Position numbers and translations under genes: made by a program. Source: Styela clava (taxonomy: Eukaryota). Taken from it: a DNA stretch of 64,000 nucleotides. How positions within the stretch are numbered: the first letter of the stretch is position 1; every line of letters begins with the position of its first letter. The notes beneath the pieces were generated by a model that did not search any database, was not told where the DNA came from, and saw nothing but the letters and a program-made list of their open reading frames with translations. This document shows, one piece after another, positions 37,397 to 51,500 of the stretch. The stretch is taken from positions 3,844,001 through 3,908,000 of the forward strand of contig NC_135260.1 of the NCBI RefSeq assembly GCF_964204865.1, given 5' to 3'.

Positions 37397-38497
37397 CAGT
37401 GGTTCCCGAACTTTTTAGAGTTGGGACCTACTATTTATTACCACAGCTTATGGCGACCCATTTAACTTTTTATGACATACCACAGAACACAGCAATGGCT
37501 AATCATCGCAAAACTACCATGTTTGCTCTAAAATAGGACCTGGCCTGAAAATAAGACCTAATTTGATTTTAAAAATGATTTTAATTAAACCCTAACCTTA
37601 AAATAAATTTAAAATGTGTGGGACAGGAAAGGTTCAATAACCTGAGGTAAGGTGAAGATGACACCACTATTCAAGATTGTGTGATTTCACAATCACAATT
37701 ATGATATTTGTCACTTGATTTTTGTATAGGAAATACAAATAAAAACGATGGATGTCGGTTTTTATATAATGTTTATATTAAAAAATTTCGTGATTTTCTA
37801 CAATGTAATTTTATTTTTAATAAATGAACACAAAAGACCGCATCCGAAAAAAAACATAGTGTTATTCTTCAAAGGAAAATAAATCTAAATCCTGTCTAAA
37901 TTTCGGGGAAACACGATAGGAAGCGCTGTGCAGTGTACAAAACTGCTATGCGTAAAAAAACCAAATGGTCATTCTTCGTGTAACAAATTTTTGTTCCTTT
38001 GAGAAGATCGTAAGAAGGAAACTTTCACAGATTAGAATTTAAATTCTATTTAATTTCTTTTTTTTTTTGAAGATTTACATATTCGAGTCGCCACCGATCC
38101 TAATAACCAGTATATTCAATCAAAGTTTTCTAAATCTTTTCACGACCAACCAAGATTCCTTTTGAAACAATTACAGCTTTCTGTGCAACAGCAATTCTGC
38201 ATAACTCGGTAACATCATATATTGACCATTTGCAAGTCGAGAATATACAATCTGTGAAGTAAAACTTCAACGGTTCAAGTTCATACAAAATATTTGTGTA
38301 GCAACTTTGGCTTCACATGGGTTGAGGAAGTTCATGACTGGGCGTATGCAGTGGTGCGATTCAATTTTTTGTCAGCCGGTTCCATCACAGAAGTCATATT
38401 TTTTAGTAAATAAACTGATTAATGCGGTTCGCTGGTTAACAGGTTCGCTGATCTCATAGAATTCCGTGACTCGCGACCAATAGTTTGGGAACCGCTG
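37397..38497. mobile_element. Composite non-autonomous hAT element
   Basis: TIR cagtggttcccgaact / agtttgggaaccgctg; flanks atctagac / atctggag. Contains a pogo-type MITE (37517-37916, TA-flanked) and a companion-module fragment (38165-38349). Confidence 0.7.
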
Positions 38498-39832
38498 ATC
38501 TGGAGAAATAGCTTCGCACGACTTGGATGACAGTTCGTATTTTAACGATAATAATAACAAATATTAATTGTTGTTCTACAGCAAATACTACGCAAAATTT
38601 CTCACCAAAAAAAATCCTCCTTGGTTGGGTATAGTTGGAATAAGCCGCCTTATCGACTTCCCTCAACATTGCTACATAAAAACCTCATCCTTTGATACGG
38701 CAACTATTCTTATCGACAAAACGTCTGAACATAAAGAACATCAAATTGCGGAATAGAAAAAGGTGAACGTGATGGAAAAGTACTAGCTATAATATTCCTA
38801 CAGCTCACGAGGTGAACAGGGGCTGTGGTCCGAAACGCCACACCTTCATAATTTTGAAAAATTCTTTGATCCTATTGTGTGGCAGTGAACCATGCTTACG
38901 GTTGCGTGACAAGTAATTCACTGTTTAGACGTCATTGGGGGACACGGTAGGTTCACAAGTATTACAATTTACAAAGTGATTTAGTTTTCATATTACACTT
39001 GATTTACAAAATTTCAGCTAAACATATTTGATCAAGTTTAGTCAGTCTTGATTCTTGTATAAGAAATTTTTGTGATGAATCAGTTGAAAGTTTAATTTCG
39101 CTGTAATTGGGCTAAAATAGTCAAAAAGGGTTAATATATGTCCGTCATTGTTACCTAATTATTTGCATTTCCTTTGCTCTGAGTGCATAACATAGGCGTA
39201 TATTTTAACAATGCTCACAAGCTTAAAGTCCGATTAGTGAGTGCTTATATATCATTGTAATTTTTCATTGTATTTGTATACTATCGCAATGAGCACAAAC
39301 TTAAAACTCGATTCCTGAGTATCTAATTGTGATTTTGCTTATATTAAATATCACTAAGGTGGGATTTCTCATGTAGCACTTTCATGTCTGGTGTTTTTAA
39401 ATCAAAGTAAAGTTTTGCTCAATTCCCATGAATTTCAGTCCTATGTGTCACCGTTTCTGTACCATGGCAGACTTCAAAACGACTTATCTATCTATCTAAT
39501 CTATTTGAAATACTGTCACCCAAATTCTTTAAACCCTTACAAATCAGTGGTGCTTGTTCAGGGCCTTGTTCGGAGTGGATGACGCAATTGGGCGTCTTAT
39601 AATAGAAAGTTATGGTTCTGATTCTTTTTGATAACGATTTTGACAATTAGCAATTTCAATTCAGTCGCACACGTCCGTAGCTTTTTCGCGAGCTTGTTAT
39701 TTTTCATCTATAGCAGGGGTGTGACCCACAAGAAAAAAATGGTCCGCCCGGGGAAATATTCCCAATGTGAATGGTGTGCGGCCCTCGAAACAAGTTGTAA
39801 TTTCAGTTCAATCTAGCATTGATGCATAAAAT

Positions 39833-42800
39833 AATTATTGGACACGTAGTGGACATAACGATCGTTTCAATATTATGTTGTTGTTGTTGTTCTTGTTCTT
39901 TGACACGTTTTTAAAAAGTCGCTTTTCTCTTCGAATACTGGACCAATTGCTTTGAAATTTTCAGTGGTTAAAGATTAATTTTTTCGCTAGAAGGCTATTA
40001 CTTTTGTTTATTCTTAAATTTTATATGAATCCTATGAGATATGATATTTCATACAAAATTTCGCGGTATTTATTTTTACTCATGGGAACACTGTTTTACA
40101 CTTATTTCAAGCGGTTTCGCGATCGATTGTCTTGCTCAGTACTAGGCTTGCACGTAATTGACAAAAATCAATTCCGTAATTACGGCAAAATCAATTACGT
40201 AATGACCCCGTAATTGCGATATTTTTCCACGCATTTAAACCTATCATAACAACCAATTGAATCCACTTCTTTTCCGAATGGGACATTGAAGTTGGGTTTT
40301 CATATTCTTGGCAGTACTACACGCCGGCGGCAGATGTTAAAGACAAATATCAAGGAGTGAATTCAAATTAATTTTATTCTGATTTATATCTTTTGTGTTA
40401 GCTTTGGTTTTCTTTTATCACCTTCGCAAATTAACCGTCCCATTTTTATGCGATCAATTTATCATTACCGACACTGGTATACGGATATTTATGGAAACGA
40501 TAGTTTTTTAAAATCGACTTTCGTACTGAATAAAAATTACGGGTTTCTAATTTATTAACCAACGACGAGAGTATTCTCTCGTTTGAATATACCTGCGATT
40601 TCCTCGCGACGAAGACTTGTTTTTGTAGCGTTTTCGGCATTATCCGACATTACTGCCTTGTTAGCATTTTATAATAATAATTATTGATGTCGACTTGTTG
40701 ACGATATTCCGATTACCATGCTTCATTTTACATTTAATCATTTCGCGGACTGAATGTTTATAACGTTATTTGCGATAAATTTAGATCAAATATTATTTAT
40801 TTGCGTATAATTTAAATACCGAACTTATATGATATGATACAAATTTGGTCGAGTGCCGGTGGTATTCAAGTCGACGATAAATCAAAATAAGTTGCCGCAT
40901 TTGGTAAGACAGTTAATCAAATATGGCCGAAATATTGCGAGGAATTGTGAAAAACATCATGAGCAAGGCCAGGTCCGGACTGATATATAACGATAAAACC
41001 GTTAACAGAACATCAAGATTTTGTAATAGAAAATGGATCTCGCACAGAATAAACCTGGCTCATATTTGATTATATACGATAGCAGTTAAATTTTTTAGCG
41101 GTCCGCGAGGAACCCGTCGTTTTGTTGTTTCTCTGTCGTCTCAATCGCTTTACCGATGCCGAAAAGACGAAGTTGCGTTGGTTCATTACGTAATCTCTCT
41201 TTTGTCGTCTTATTGCTATTTGATAAGCGCGACATTAATTATCACGGCGCTGTATTGGCGCTAGTGATCAATCGCACTTTTCGCTTATTTGGTTCCAGTT
41301 CTTCGCGAAAGCTCTTCGTTAAATTTCACAAGATCGTCGTGTTGAAAGGTTATGGATATTTTCCTGTTTATACCCCAAGTCTGAAATAAAACAGCCAAAA
41401 GCAGTATGATATTCCATGTTCATATATCAAGTGTTGATATTAACAATGGTGGGGAATCCCCACTATTTAAACGCGTGACTATAAAATAGAATAAAATAGA
41501 AACGGAACATATATACCATAAGTAACGGGAAACTGGAACAAGTGAATAATAAATAAAAGTAAAATGGATACAAATGTTTGATAGACCATGTTTGATAGAT
41601 TGATCTCCTGCGTTCATTAGTCATTTCACCCGAAGAAGTTGAAACCGGGCGTGTTAGCGTCCATCGGTCTTAACACAATTCTTCCCCCTATCTACGGTTA
41701 TTATGTACATTGGCCATGACCATGCTAGATAAGATGCGGGAGAAGTTAAAACCAGGTGTGTTGGCGTCAAACGGCAGTTCTTCCCCCTTAACTACGTTAA
41801 TAATTTACATTGGCCATGCCAGATAAGTTGATAATAGGTTAGTAAATGGCAACGCGTCATGCCTTCCTTCACCTACGTAACGAGAGAGAAAAACGGCTGC
41901 GAATACCGGAACTCTAACTTCTTCTACTTGTTGAGCTTTCATTTTTCGCAATCGACGAAATTGACTGCTTTGAAGAAAGCTCGTTTCAATGCAATAATTA
42001 CGACTTTACGTAATTTGTAACTTCCCTTCCGTAACTCCAAATAATTACGTAATTCCGTAAATTACGTGCAAGCCTACTCAGTACTACAGCTACTGTAGGT
42101 CGGTACTGGTAAATTGCCATACAGGTACCGTAACGCAGTGAAATTGTCTTATTCCTTCCGCGGTATTACTAATGCTGCAATGCAAGTTTTATAGCCTATC
42201 GTATGCGGAACGGAATATCAGACCTACAGGTTCGGTACCGGTACTGGTAGCTCAGTACGTAAGTACGATACTGGTACTGGTGCCGGTGTCTTACCACAAT
42301 GAAATTACCGTAACCTATTCTTTCACGGTCCTACCAGTGCAGTAATGCAAGCGTTGTAGCCTACTATATTTGTTTATTTTAATGAGAGTCTACTGGAAAC
42401 AACATAAAATTTGAAAGGGAAGAATTGTTCTGTGATCAATTATCTGTCCTAAAGTGTAAACAACATAAAATTTGCAAGGGAACAACTGTTCTGTGATCAA
42501 TTACCGTATATGGCCTACAGTGTACAGGTAAGATGCTGGCTGACTGCTAACCGGTACTGGTAGCTCAGTACGTAAGTACGATACTGGTACTGGTGCCGGT
42601 ACCGGTGTCTTACCACAATGAAATTACCGTAACTTATTCTTTCACGGTCCTACCAGTGCAGTGATGCAAGCGTTGTAGCACTTGTAGCCTACTATATTTG
42701 TTTATTTTGACGAGAGTCTACTGGAAACAACATAAAATTTGAAAGGGAAGAATTGTTCTGTGATCAATTATCTGTCCTAAAGTGTAAACAACATAAAATT

Positions 42801-43072
42801 TGCAAGGGAACAACTGTTCTGTGATAAATTACCGTATATGGCCTACAGTGTACAGGTAAGATGCTGCCTGACTGCTAACTCAGTACCGGTACCGCTTGAC
42901 ACGTTTTACAAAAGTCGCTTTTCTCTTCGAATACTGGACCAATTGCTTTGAAATTTTTAGTGGTTAAAGATAAAAATTTTCTCCAGAAGGCTATTACTTT
43001 TTTTTTCGCTATGACGTCATCAAAATTATGTGACTCTACGTGTCCATATATTTGAGCATAGCTCTCTTGTTT
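39833..43072 (+). mobile_element. Helentron-associated (HINE/DINE-1-like) non-autonomous element
   Basis: Subterminal inverted repeats tggacacgtag (39839-39849) / ctacgtgtcca (43036-43046); (TTG)n microsatellite near the 5' end; ~105-bp direct repeat (39901 vs 42897); internal ~315-bp tandem (42237 vs 42551); 3' hairpin gagcatagctc followed by a T-rich end. Confidence 0.65.
40143..42076. mobile_element. Young non-autonomous hAT element (1.9 kb) nested in the HINE
   Basis: Perfect 17-bp TIR taggcttgcacgtaatt / aattacgtgcaagccta; perfect 8-bp TSD ctcagtac; subterminal aattacgtaa motifs. Confidence 0.92.
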
Positions 43073-44559
43073 CTTTTATACTTATCCTAGGTTGTCCTTA
43101 TGGCTACGGCTTGATCGTGTACAGTACTTAAAATTCCCAATATTATTTCAGACAAGTCTACGAAAACAAGAGCGGAACAAGTCTACTAGCTCTTATATGT
43201 TTCTTAGCACACGCTAATCCCCTACAACATTTGAAATAGCAATATGCCATATTGGTTTTGTACAATTACTTTTTTTCATGAATCTTTTTTTAATTAAAGT
43301 CAGTGAAAAAAATTGCAAAGAATAGATCATGGAACTTCTAAAGGTAAACATGACATAACAAAGCGATATGATTGCAATAAAAGCTAATTGCAGTATGCAT
43401 GCCAATATATCTATACATATGAAACAGGACTGTCGAGTCGAATTTCCAAACTTCACAGAGTCAGGGCCGCTTGTAGATAGTTGTCAGGAGTTTGACATGT
43501 TAATTCTCCAAGACTTAACAACTTAAATATGGAAGCTTATTCAATACAGCCCTACAATATGTCAAGAAAAAATGAACATTTGGAATTGCATACAAAAAGT
43601 TCAAAGTTTTTTATTGGCAACTCATAAATAAATATAATAAATAGTGATTGAAAGCTACTATAATAACAAATCCAGTTATATAAAAGAGAAAGAGTAAGAC
43701 TATTACAGAGCAATAATATTCATCCAAGATATAATAAATTGGGTAGAAAGTGATTATGACCACCACACAAAAGTACTGTACAATATTACATACACAAATG
43801 GGCACTCCTGAAGTATGTGTACCAGTATGGAGATATCTAATTTGGTATGCCTACGTTACATCAAGTTATGTAAAAAAAGGGCCTAAAACCTATGGGCATG
43901 GGGTATATCCACTTGGCTAACACACACAGTCCTCTAACACGTAATATAACTAGAATAAGAAAAATGGTTATGCCATAACCTGGTACACACACTGGAATAC
44001 CCACAACCGATCTATTTTAACAATCTCATACAAGTAACAAATCACAAAAAAATATTTTGTCTGTTTGCACACCGCCAGGTATATTTCTATAATTTCGGAT
44101 ACTGTAAATTAAAAATAAATATGAAAATTAAAAACTCTGAATATTAAAACCAAAATCTGATGGGCCATTAAAAGCTAGTTATTATGCAACTATAAATATC
44201 TCGGTTTCAAACTAAAAAAATGCAAGGTTGTTGCTTTAGGCTAGAGTGTGCCAAGTGCCCCGCGGTAAAGTGCCAATTTTGAATGATGTGCCGCGCTTGA
44301 TATAATTTTTTAATTTAGTTTAATATGGTATGTGTGAGTAATTCTAATTCCTTTTGCGTTGCCTGAGTCCAATTTATTATCTATGCATATGAGGTTACAA
44401 TGTCCTAACAGCTAGCTTGTGCAGTGTCATAATGTCGATAACCAAAATGTTTGTGCTGCAGCTACTAGGAAGCCTATGTTAAATAAATGTGCAACCCGCG
44501 GTTTCGTCCAGTTATTTGTATATGGCCCTCCTGTAATATAGGTTGCACACCCCTGCTTT

Positions 44560-45330
44560 AGGGTTTGCAGTTGGGTTTGTGGATCGGAGGACATGTTGAG
44601 ACATCGTGATTATGAAGCCTGTCTCTCCCGGTGGGTGTTGGTGTATAATGGTAGGGTGGCTAGGAAGGAAATACTTTTCCTGGGGGAACAATTACAGCTT
44701 TCTGTGCAACAGGAATTCTGCATAACTCGGTAACATTATATATTGACCATTTGCAAGTCAGGATATGCAGGCTGTGAAGTATACCTTCAATGCTACAAGT
44801 TCATACACAATATTTGTGTACTGTCTATGGCTTCACATGGGTTGAAAAAGTTGATTACTAGGCTTATGTATTTAACTGGTGAGTGAGTTGAAATTTATTG
44901 TAGATTGTCCAGGTGCATCATATGCAACCCTCGCATATCCAGAATTAGGGTTCCGAGCAATCGTTTTAAACAAACTTGAGTTTGCGTCACTGGATTGTCA
45001 ACTGTTCTTCAATACACAAGACTTCAACCAGTTCTGTCTTTGTTGACAGATTAATGGCAACCTAGGTATTTTAATTTATATCTCTGAGAAATTAATAATT
45101 AATATGTGCATATTCATTAGATATTCATCCAATTGAATTGAAATATTCAGAACATTAAGGTGATTAAAATTGCACAATCGAAAAAAACTATAGATGCTTG
45201 GAATAACGATGTCAAAAATCAAACAATCACACAATTTTTACAAACAAAAAAATTCAGTTGTTTTAAAGCAATCAGAAGTTTCATGAAATCTGACTTTAAC
45301 AATGATTGAGTAGAATTTAAATTCAGAACA
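44560..45330 (-). repeat. Companion module downstream of K5
   Basis: Colinear with 24985-25740. Confidence 0.85.
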
Positions 45331-45550
45331 TTTAAAATAATGAAATAAATATATAAACCGGTAAGTACAAAGACCAAATCTTGAATAGAAAGATATTTCA
45401 TTCTTTGGTCAGGGCTGTGAAGATAGAGTCAAGTTTTGGCATGTTGTGAGTATTTTATTGATATGATTCAATAGGTGAGTTGATACAGTCAGTATATACA
45501 AGCCCATTTAAAGCATACTTCATCATCAAATTTTATCACTGATTACTCAT

Positions 45551-47506
45551 TTATTGAGTAGAGCAACAGCAATAAACCCAGTCCACCTCAGGCCGATCCA
45601 TTTCACAGACTATTTTCCATTCACCAGTTTCTTCATTGAATGTTTCAATAGAATCCTCAGTCAGGCCTTGAGCACCACCGACTGCATACATTTTATTATC
45701 AGCAACACATGCACTGAACAAACCTCTACTCATCTTCATTTTTGCAATTTCTGTCCAAGAGCGAACAACAGGGTTATAACATTGAACAAGGTTACCACTC
45801 CGTCCTGCAATACCTCCCAGTACATAAACCATACTTTGAAATACGACTGCTGCACTACAAAATGTTTTATAAATCATCTCTGGCAGTGAAGACCATTTGT
45901 TCGTTCCAGGATCGTATACTTTTGCTTCTCTCTCTGTTGACCATCCTCCCATGACATATATGAACTCATCAGAGGCAGCAGCACAAAAATCAACACCATG
46001 ACCACATGAAGGCAAATTCTTATCCCATCTGTTTTTGGCAATGTCATATCGCACTGCATGCTCATCACAGCTGATAATATAAATCCCACCCTTGAGATAA
46101 ACCATCTTATCGTTTTCATCACACAGTCTTTCAATCTTGGTCTTCTTAATCCATCGACCATCTTGTAGCAAAGACAATTCATTCCCATCTGAAGCATATA
46201 ATCGTCCCTCACCATTGACAAGGTGAAAGCCAACATCATAATCTGAATGCAAACTAGACCATTGATTTGTTTGGAGATTCAGAGACTTTATAACAGTATT
46301 TGTTGAGACAGCAATATGTGGGACAAGTTTTCTAACCTGACCTCTAAAATAAGCATCAAGTAACAAATCTTTACACTTATGCGACTCTTTAACCAAAGGT
46401 TCATTCCTGACTGTTTGTTTAATAAAATCATCAGAAAATTCCTCAAGTTTCATCAACTCGAACAAGTCTGGAAAAACTTTCTGATGACGACGACTTTGTT
46501 TGGCCCATTTCAGTGCAGCTTCCCATTTAATTTTCTCTGAAGAATATTTTGTTTCCGGAGATTTGAACAAGAAAAAAACTTCATCTTTTTCCAACTCAAT
46601 AAATTCATCCATCTGTACAATCTGTTCAAAATTCTGAGCCATAAATTCATTGATTATATTTTTGACATTTTCTGAGCAAACTTTACTTTTGATTTGATTA
46701 ATCTTCCTCAAAACGAATAAAGTGTCGAGAGACAAATTCTCTTTCAACCCATCGATATTCGAAAGCAATATTTTGACGACAAAACTTTTCGCATCTGAAG
46801 AACTTTCGACCAAAGAATCATTTAGCAGATCTGTGAGTAAAAATTTATACGAAAACTCTCCAAAATGCAAAGTCTCCATTAATTCTGATCCGATCTTTTC
46901 ACCTTTGTTTGAAATCCATCTTCTCACAGCATGCCAAACTACTTCATGCTTTTTATCCAACTTTTGCAGATAAAATACAAGTTCTTCTTTGCTCAGATGT
47001 AGAAAATCTTCACCCAAAATCAGAGACTCAAAATTATCCACAATGAATCGCTCAGCAATGGTTTGTAACTTTGTACGATCATAAAGTCTTGCCAAACTGA
47101 CCACTAAAAGGCAATGCTGCGCTGACAGATTATTTTCCATGAAATTAAAGCATATACTTGATAATACGTCAAGCTGCATTAGGTGGGAAGCATACAAAGT
47201 ATTCCCAAGAGATTCCATGGATGGATTTGCTTCACCAGTATACATGAAATCTACACACTGCCCTACAGCATCAGCACATATGTCTTTCATAATGACAAAA
47301 CCATTACGAGCCTCAACCATGTTACTTGAAAACATGCCTTTGAAGTACCTCGATACTGCGGCAAGCAGGTCTCGATGGACTTTGAAAGATTTGTCACCAA
47401 CTTTGATTGTGAAGTTACAAATGCATTCAGATTGTTTTAGTTCATTGAATGACGTAAGTACATTCAATGAGTGGGTAATCTTTGCAGATTTTGCAAAATC
47501 AGCCAT
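45551..47506 (-). CDS. K5: kelch-like protein, BTB-BACK-BACK-Kelch, 651 aa
   Basis: Intact ORF. Start placed at the ATG homologous to all paralogs (MADFAKSAK), not at the upstream non-ATG start given in the ORF track. Confidence 0.92.
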   Translation of the reverse strand: MADFAKSAKITHSLNVLTSFNELKQSECICNFTIKVGDKSFKVHRDLLAAVSRYFKGMFSSNMVEARNGFVIMKDICADAVGQCVDFMYTGEANPSMESLGNTLYASHLMQLDVLSSICFNFMENNLSAQHCLLVVSLARLYDRTKLQTIAERFIVDNFESLILGEDFLHLSKEELVFYLQKLDKKHEVVWHAVRRWISNKGEKIGSELMETLHFGEFSYKFLLTDLLNDSLVESSSDAKSFVVKILLSNIDGLKENLSLDTLFVLRKINQIKSKVCSENVKNIINEFMAQNFEQIVQMDEFIELEKDEVFFLFKSPETKYSSEKIKWEAALKWAKQSRRHQKVFPDLFELMKLEEFSDDFIKQTVRNEPLVKESHKCKDLLLDAYFRGQVRKLVPHIAVSTNTVIKSLNLQTNQWSSLHSDYDVGFHLVNGEGRLYASDGNELSLLQDGRWIKKTKIERLCDENDKMVYLKGGIYIISCDEHAVRYDIAKNRWDKNLPSCGHGVDFCAAASDEFIYVMGGWSTEREAKVYDPGTNKWSSLPEMIYKTFCSAAVVFQSMVYVLGGIAGRSGNLVQCYNPVVRSWTEIAKMKMSRGLFSACVADNKMYAVGGAQGLTEDSIETFNEETGEWKIVCEMDRPEVDWVYCCCSTQ

Positions 47507-48158
47507 TTTCGATTTCCTGCCAAATCTTCTCATATCGTGAGACCTTATGTAACAGTTAAAGATGCTGATGTAACTAGATTCTGTAATATTTCTATAGTAA
47601 GTAAATATTTGAGTCAGAATTTCGTTTTTGTAACACAATATAGATAAGTAGAAATTGATTAATAGTATAAAGATAGTAGTAGTAATAGAAATTTAAATAA
47701 AATTCAAGGTTACAAAACAGTCAAATTCTAATTTATAACAGCAATGTCCTGGAGCAATGCTTTTCAAACATTGTACCTTAATTTTTCAAATTTTAGTCTT
47801 TTCTTATACACAACTCGCATTGCTGTGTGTCTATCTACCTATGTTTAGTACTTTTATTGTAACACTACGCAGCATGTAATAATATATTTGAGGGATGATA
47901 TAGCACTAACCCATGATTATAAATAACCATGCACAAACAAGCGATTTTGTGGAATCCTCACTTAGGAACAAGATTTGTCAGATACATGACTCCGACTCGA
48001 TTATGACAGTAACGATCGAATATTCCTAAAACTTCCTAAAAGCGTTCCAAATTCAAAGAGACTTCGAAAAGCCCAAACTGGAAATTCAGCTAAAACTTAA
48101 TATTTTATCTTAATATTGCTTTACTTGAGTTTGCTATGAATGTTCCCTCTTACTCTTA

Positions 48159-48519
48159 CCATATTCCCCCGAAAATAAGACCTAGCCGAAATATAATACC
48201 TAGCCTGATTTTTAAAAAGGTTTTTAAATCAAACCCTTCCTAAAGTAATACCTAGTCGATAGCGAAAAATTTTGAATTCAAAAATTTATGAATCTAGTGA
48301 CTTGCAAGACATTCCAGATGATGATGATATGATCATTTTTGAATAATCTATATTCATCAATTAATATCGGTTTTTATATTTTGTGTATTTGAAAATCTAG
48401 CATTTCTCAACTTTGTCATTTTGATAGATGAAAATAAAAGACATCCCCCAAAAAGCCCTAGTGTTATTTTTCGAAAGAAAATTTACATAACAGCCTGTTC
48501 TATTTTCACGGAAACACGG
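48159..48519. mobile_element. pogo/Tigger-type MITE (truncated copy 29113-29458; relatives at 37517-37916 and ~53560-53860)
   Basis: TA|ccatattcccccgaaaataagacc ... ttttcacggaaacacgg imperfect TIRs. Confidence 0.65.
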
Positions 48520-51500
48520 TGGAATCAGAAGTAATTGGATATGATATGTTTCACCTAACTTGTGTTTTACAAGTGAATTTGTTTAAATTTAAGCATTTTT
48601 GAATGAAAACAAATTCGTGGCAAACTTTCAAGTAGCAGCTTGATATTGGGCCATATGCTCTGTTGAATTCAGCATTGGCCCACCAGAGTGAAAATAAATT
48701 AATTGTATTTGGCAATAATGAAGGACTTGGAAGGAATATATAAGTCAGTGGCATTATATAAAATATAGAGTTTACAAAGATGAGAATGGAACATTGCTGT
48801 CAAAGACTATAAAACAGTTTTCTCTCATCTAATTTGATTAGCTGGGAGCTGTCGTTTACTGTCAAGGGTACCTCACAGACAATAAAAACATGCTCAAATA
48901 TTTTTAACCAATAACTTCAATTATGTGGATTTCACGACCAAAAAGCTGTTTTATTGGTCATAGTTAACATATATTGCCTGAAGTTTTGAGTCAATCGGAA
49001 CTCACTAATGCTCGATTCTACATTATAATGATTTATAGTCCCAGGCACTGTAGTCCAACCTCGCTCAGAAATTATTCTCTCTTAAATTTCTGAATTAGTG
49101 CGCGTGGACTTGCTTTGAGCACATTTTCATCAAAAAATCTGTAACGTTTATTATCTCTACACCACACTATAGTCCTAACTCGAGCAATAAAATAAGTCTA
49201 AGCTGCATCGAGATATAAGAGTTTGTAGTTTCGTCAACTCCAGCCATCAAATTACCTATTGGCGTCATATTACCAATTTATTTGAAAATTGTGTTTACCA
49301 AACATGGCCAGTGTCTCAGCAGTGTGTTTTACCAACGGACCATGCTCGATCTTACAAATGTAAATTATTACACTATTAACCTATCGAATAACGTCACTTA
49401 ATCTATTTCCTTATGAGCTATGACTAGTTAACCAGCATGACTCGATGCAATATGCAATGCACAAATATATGTACACAACGGTTGATATGTCATTACAATA
49501 TGAGAAGAATTCTAGCCAAATTATATAAGGATTGCACTGTATGTCATTTAACTTGGGATAAATATATGAAGTCGATGGCTAGAAGGTGATCACTAGCAAA
49601 AGCATTTTATAATTCGATTCGAACCGTCTTCCTATCATCAATTCTGACTAGATTCTGAATAATCTGTCACTGGTGCATGAGGAACCCATATTCTCTTTTT
49701 TTAACATAAGATTACCCCCCTTAATACTCTTTTAGGACTGGCATAGATATCATTTCTGAGTCATATCTTTATCATACAATGCATTTTCGCACTGCTCATT
49801 ACGACCAAAGAAGGCACTGTAACAGAAATGTAAGGTGCTAATATTTATGGTAGGCCCCGAATATTTCCAATTCGGCAATAGTCTACCTTTAACACTTTCA
49901 TCGTAAGTACAGGGTGCCAAGGAATTGGATTATTTGGAATATATTCTAGAACTGGAGTGGACAAAGGTTTTTTCAAGGGCCGCACCAAAAAACGTCCGCA
50001 CTAAGAAACATTGACTGTGTACCACTGTGCAGAGCTTTGTTGAAAGTGAATTCCAGGGATTACGGTTTATATACTTCATAAGCTCACTAGAATACAGTAT
50101 TGCGATTTGTTCTAAGAAACATTAGTAAATTGGATTTTCTGTAAATATACTCTTACATTTTTGAGGGCAAGGGCATGGTTTTTCATCTGAATAAGCTGTT
50201 TTATCGACTTCCCTGAACCTCGGGATATATATTCTATCCCAAATAAACAGAAAGAAAAAAAAGGTTATGGTGGGGCATAAACAGCATATATAATTCGACA
50301 CTAACAATAATGCCATCCTATACATTTCATTGATTCCCCAGGTTTGATCAAACATAAATTGTACGAAGTATGATGGACCTTAACTATGTATTACTCTTAG
50401 GCCATTATTCATTTATTTTATTCAATGCAATAAAATAATCCAATCTAAGCTGCATAGAAATATAACTGTTTGTTATTTCGTCAACTCCGGTCATTAAATT
50501 ACCTATTGGCGTCATATAACCAATGTATTAGAAATCGTGTTTCCCAGACATAGTCAGTGTTTCAATCGTGTTTCCCAGACATAGTCAGTGTTTCAGCAGT
50601 GTATTTTACCAACGGACCATGCTCGACCTTACAAATGTAAATTATTACACTATTAAATTATCGAATAACGTCAGCTAATCTATTTCCTTATGAGCTATGA
50701 CTAGTTTATCAGCACGGCTCTATGCAATATGCAAAGGTTGATTTGTCACTAAAATATGAGCAGAATTTCAGCCACATTTTATAAGGATTGGTCTGTATGG
50801 CATTTGACTTGGGATAATTACATAAAGTCAATGGCTAGGTGACCAATAGCAAAAACATCTTATAATTCAATTTGAGGCGTTTTCCCACTTTCCGCGTTTT
50901 CCCACTTTCAATTCTGATTGGGCTCTGAATAATCTGCCACTGATGCAAGAAGATCAACTATTCTCTCTTTTTTTTATCAGATTACCTCCTTTGATACTCT
51001 TTTAGCGCGTGCACAGATATCATTTCTGAGTCATATATTTATCATACGATGCATTTTCACACTGTTCGCTACGAGCAAGGCAGTGTCATAGATATTTAAG
51101 GAGTTAATATTTATGGTAGGTCCAGAATTTTCCCATTCGACATTTGCCTTCCCAATCTAACACTTTCATCATAAGTACAGGGTGCCTCCCAGAGCTTGGG
51201 TTATTGAGAACATATTCTAGAACCGTGGTGGGCAGGCAACGTTTTTTTAAGGGCCGCTCTAAAAAAAATTTGACTGTGTCACCACAGTGCAGGGCTTTGT
51301 TGAGAGTGAATATTGGGGAATAGGATTTATATACTTCAAATAAGATCTTTAGAATACAGTAATGCGGGTTGTTTAAAAACTATTGTTTGATAGAGTAGAT
51401 GGGTGAAACAAAACACAAACTTGACAGCAAATGCGTTTTTTTGTGGCGTGAAGATTGGAGGTGTATACTAAGGATCAATGTTTTTTTTATACAATAATAT

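Noticed and set aside
45551-45570. Possible CaaX prenylation motif (CSTQ) at the K5 C-terminus
   Set aside because: Poor a2 residue, not shared by paralogs, and the cysteines likely lie in the propeller-closing strand.
47507-47638. 44-aa N-terminal extension of K5 in the ORF track
   Set aside because: Non-ATG start; the homologous DNA upstream of K3 is not in frame with its CDS. An in-frame ATG 9 codons upstream cannot be excluded.
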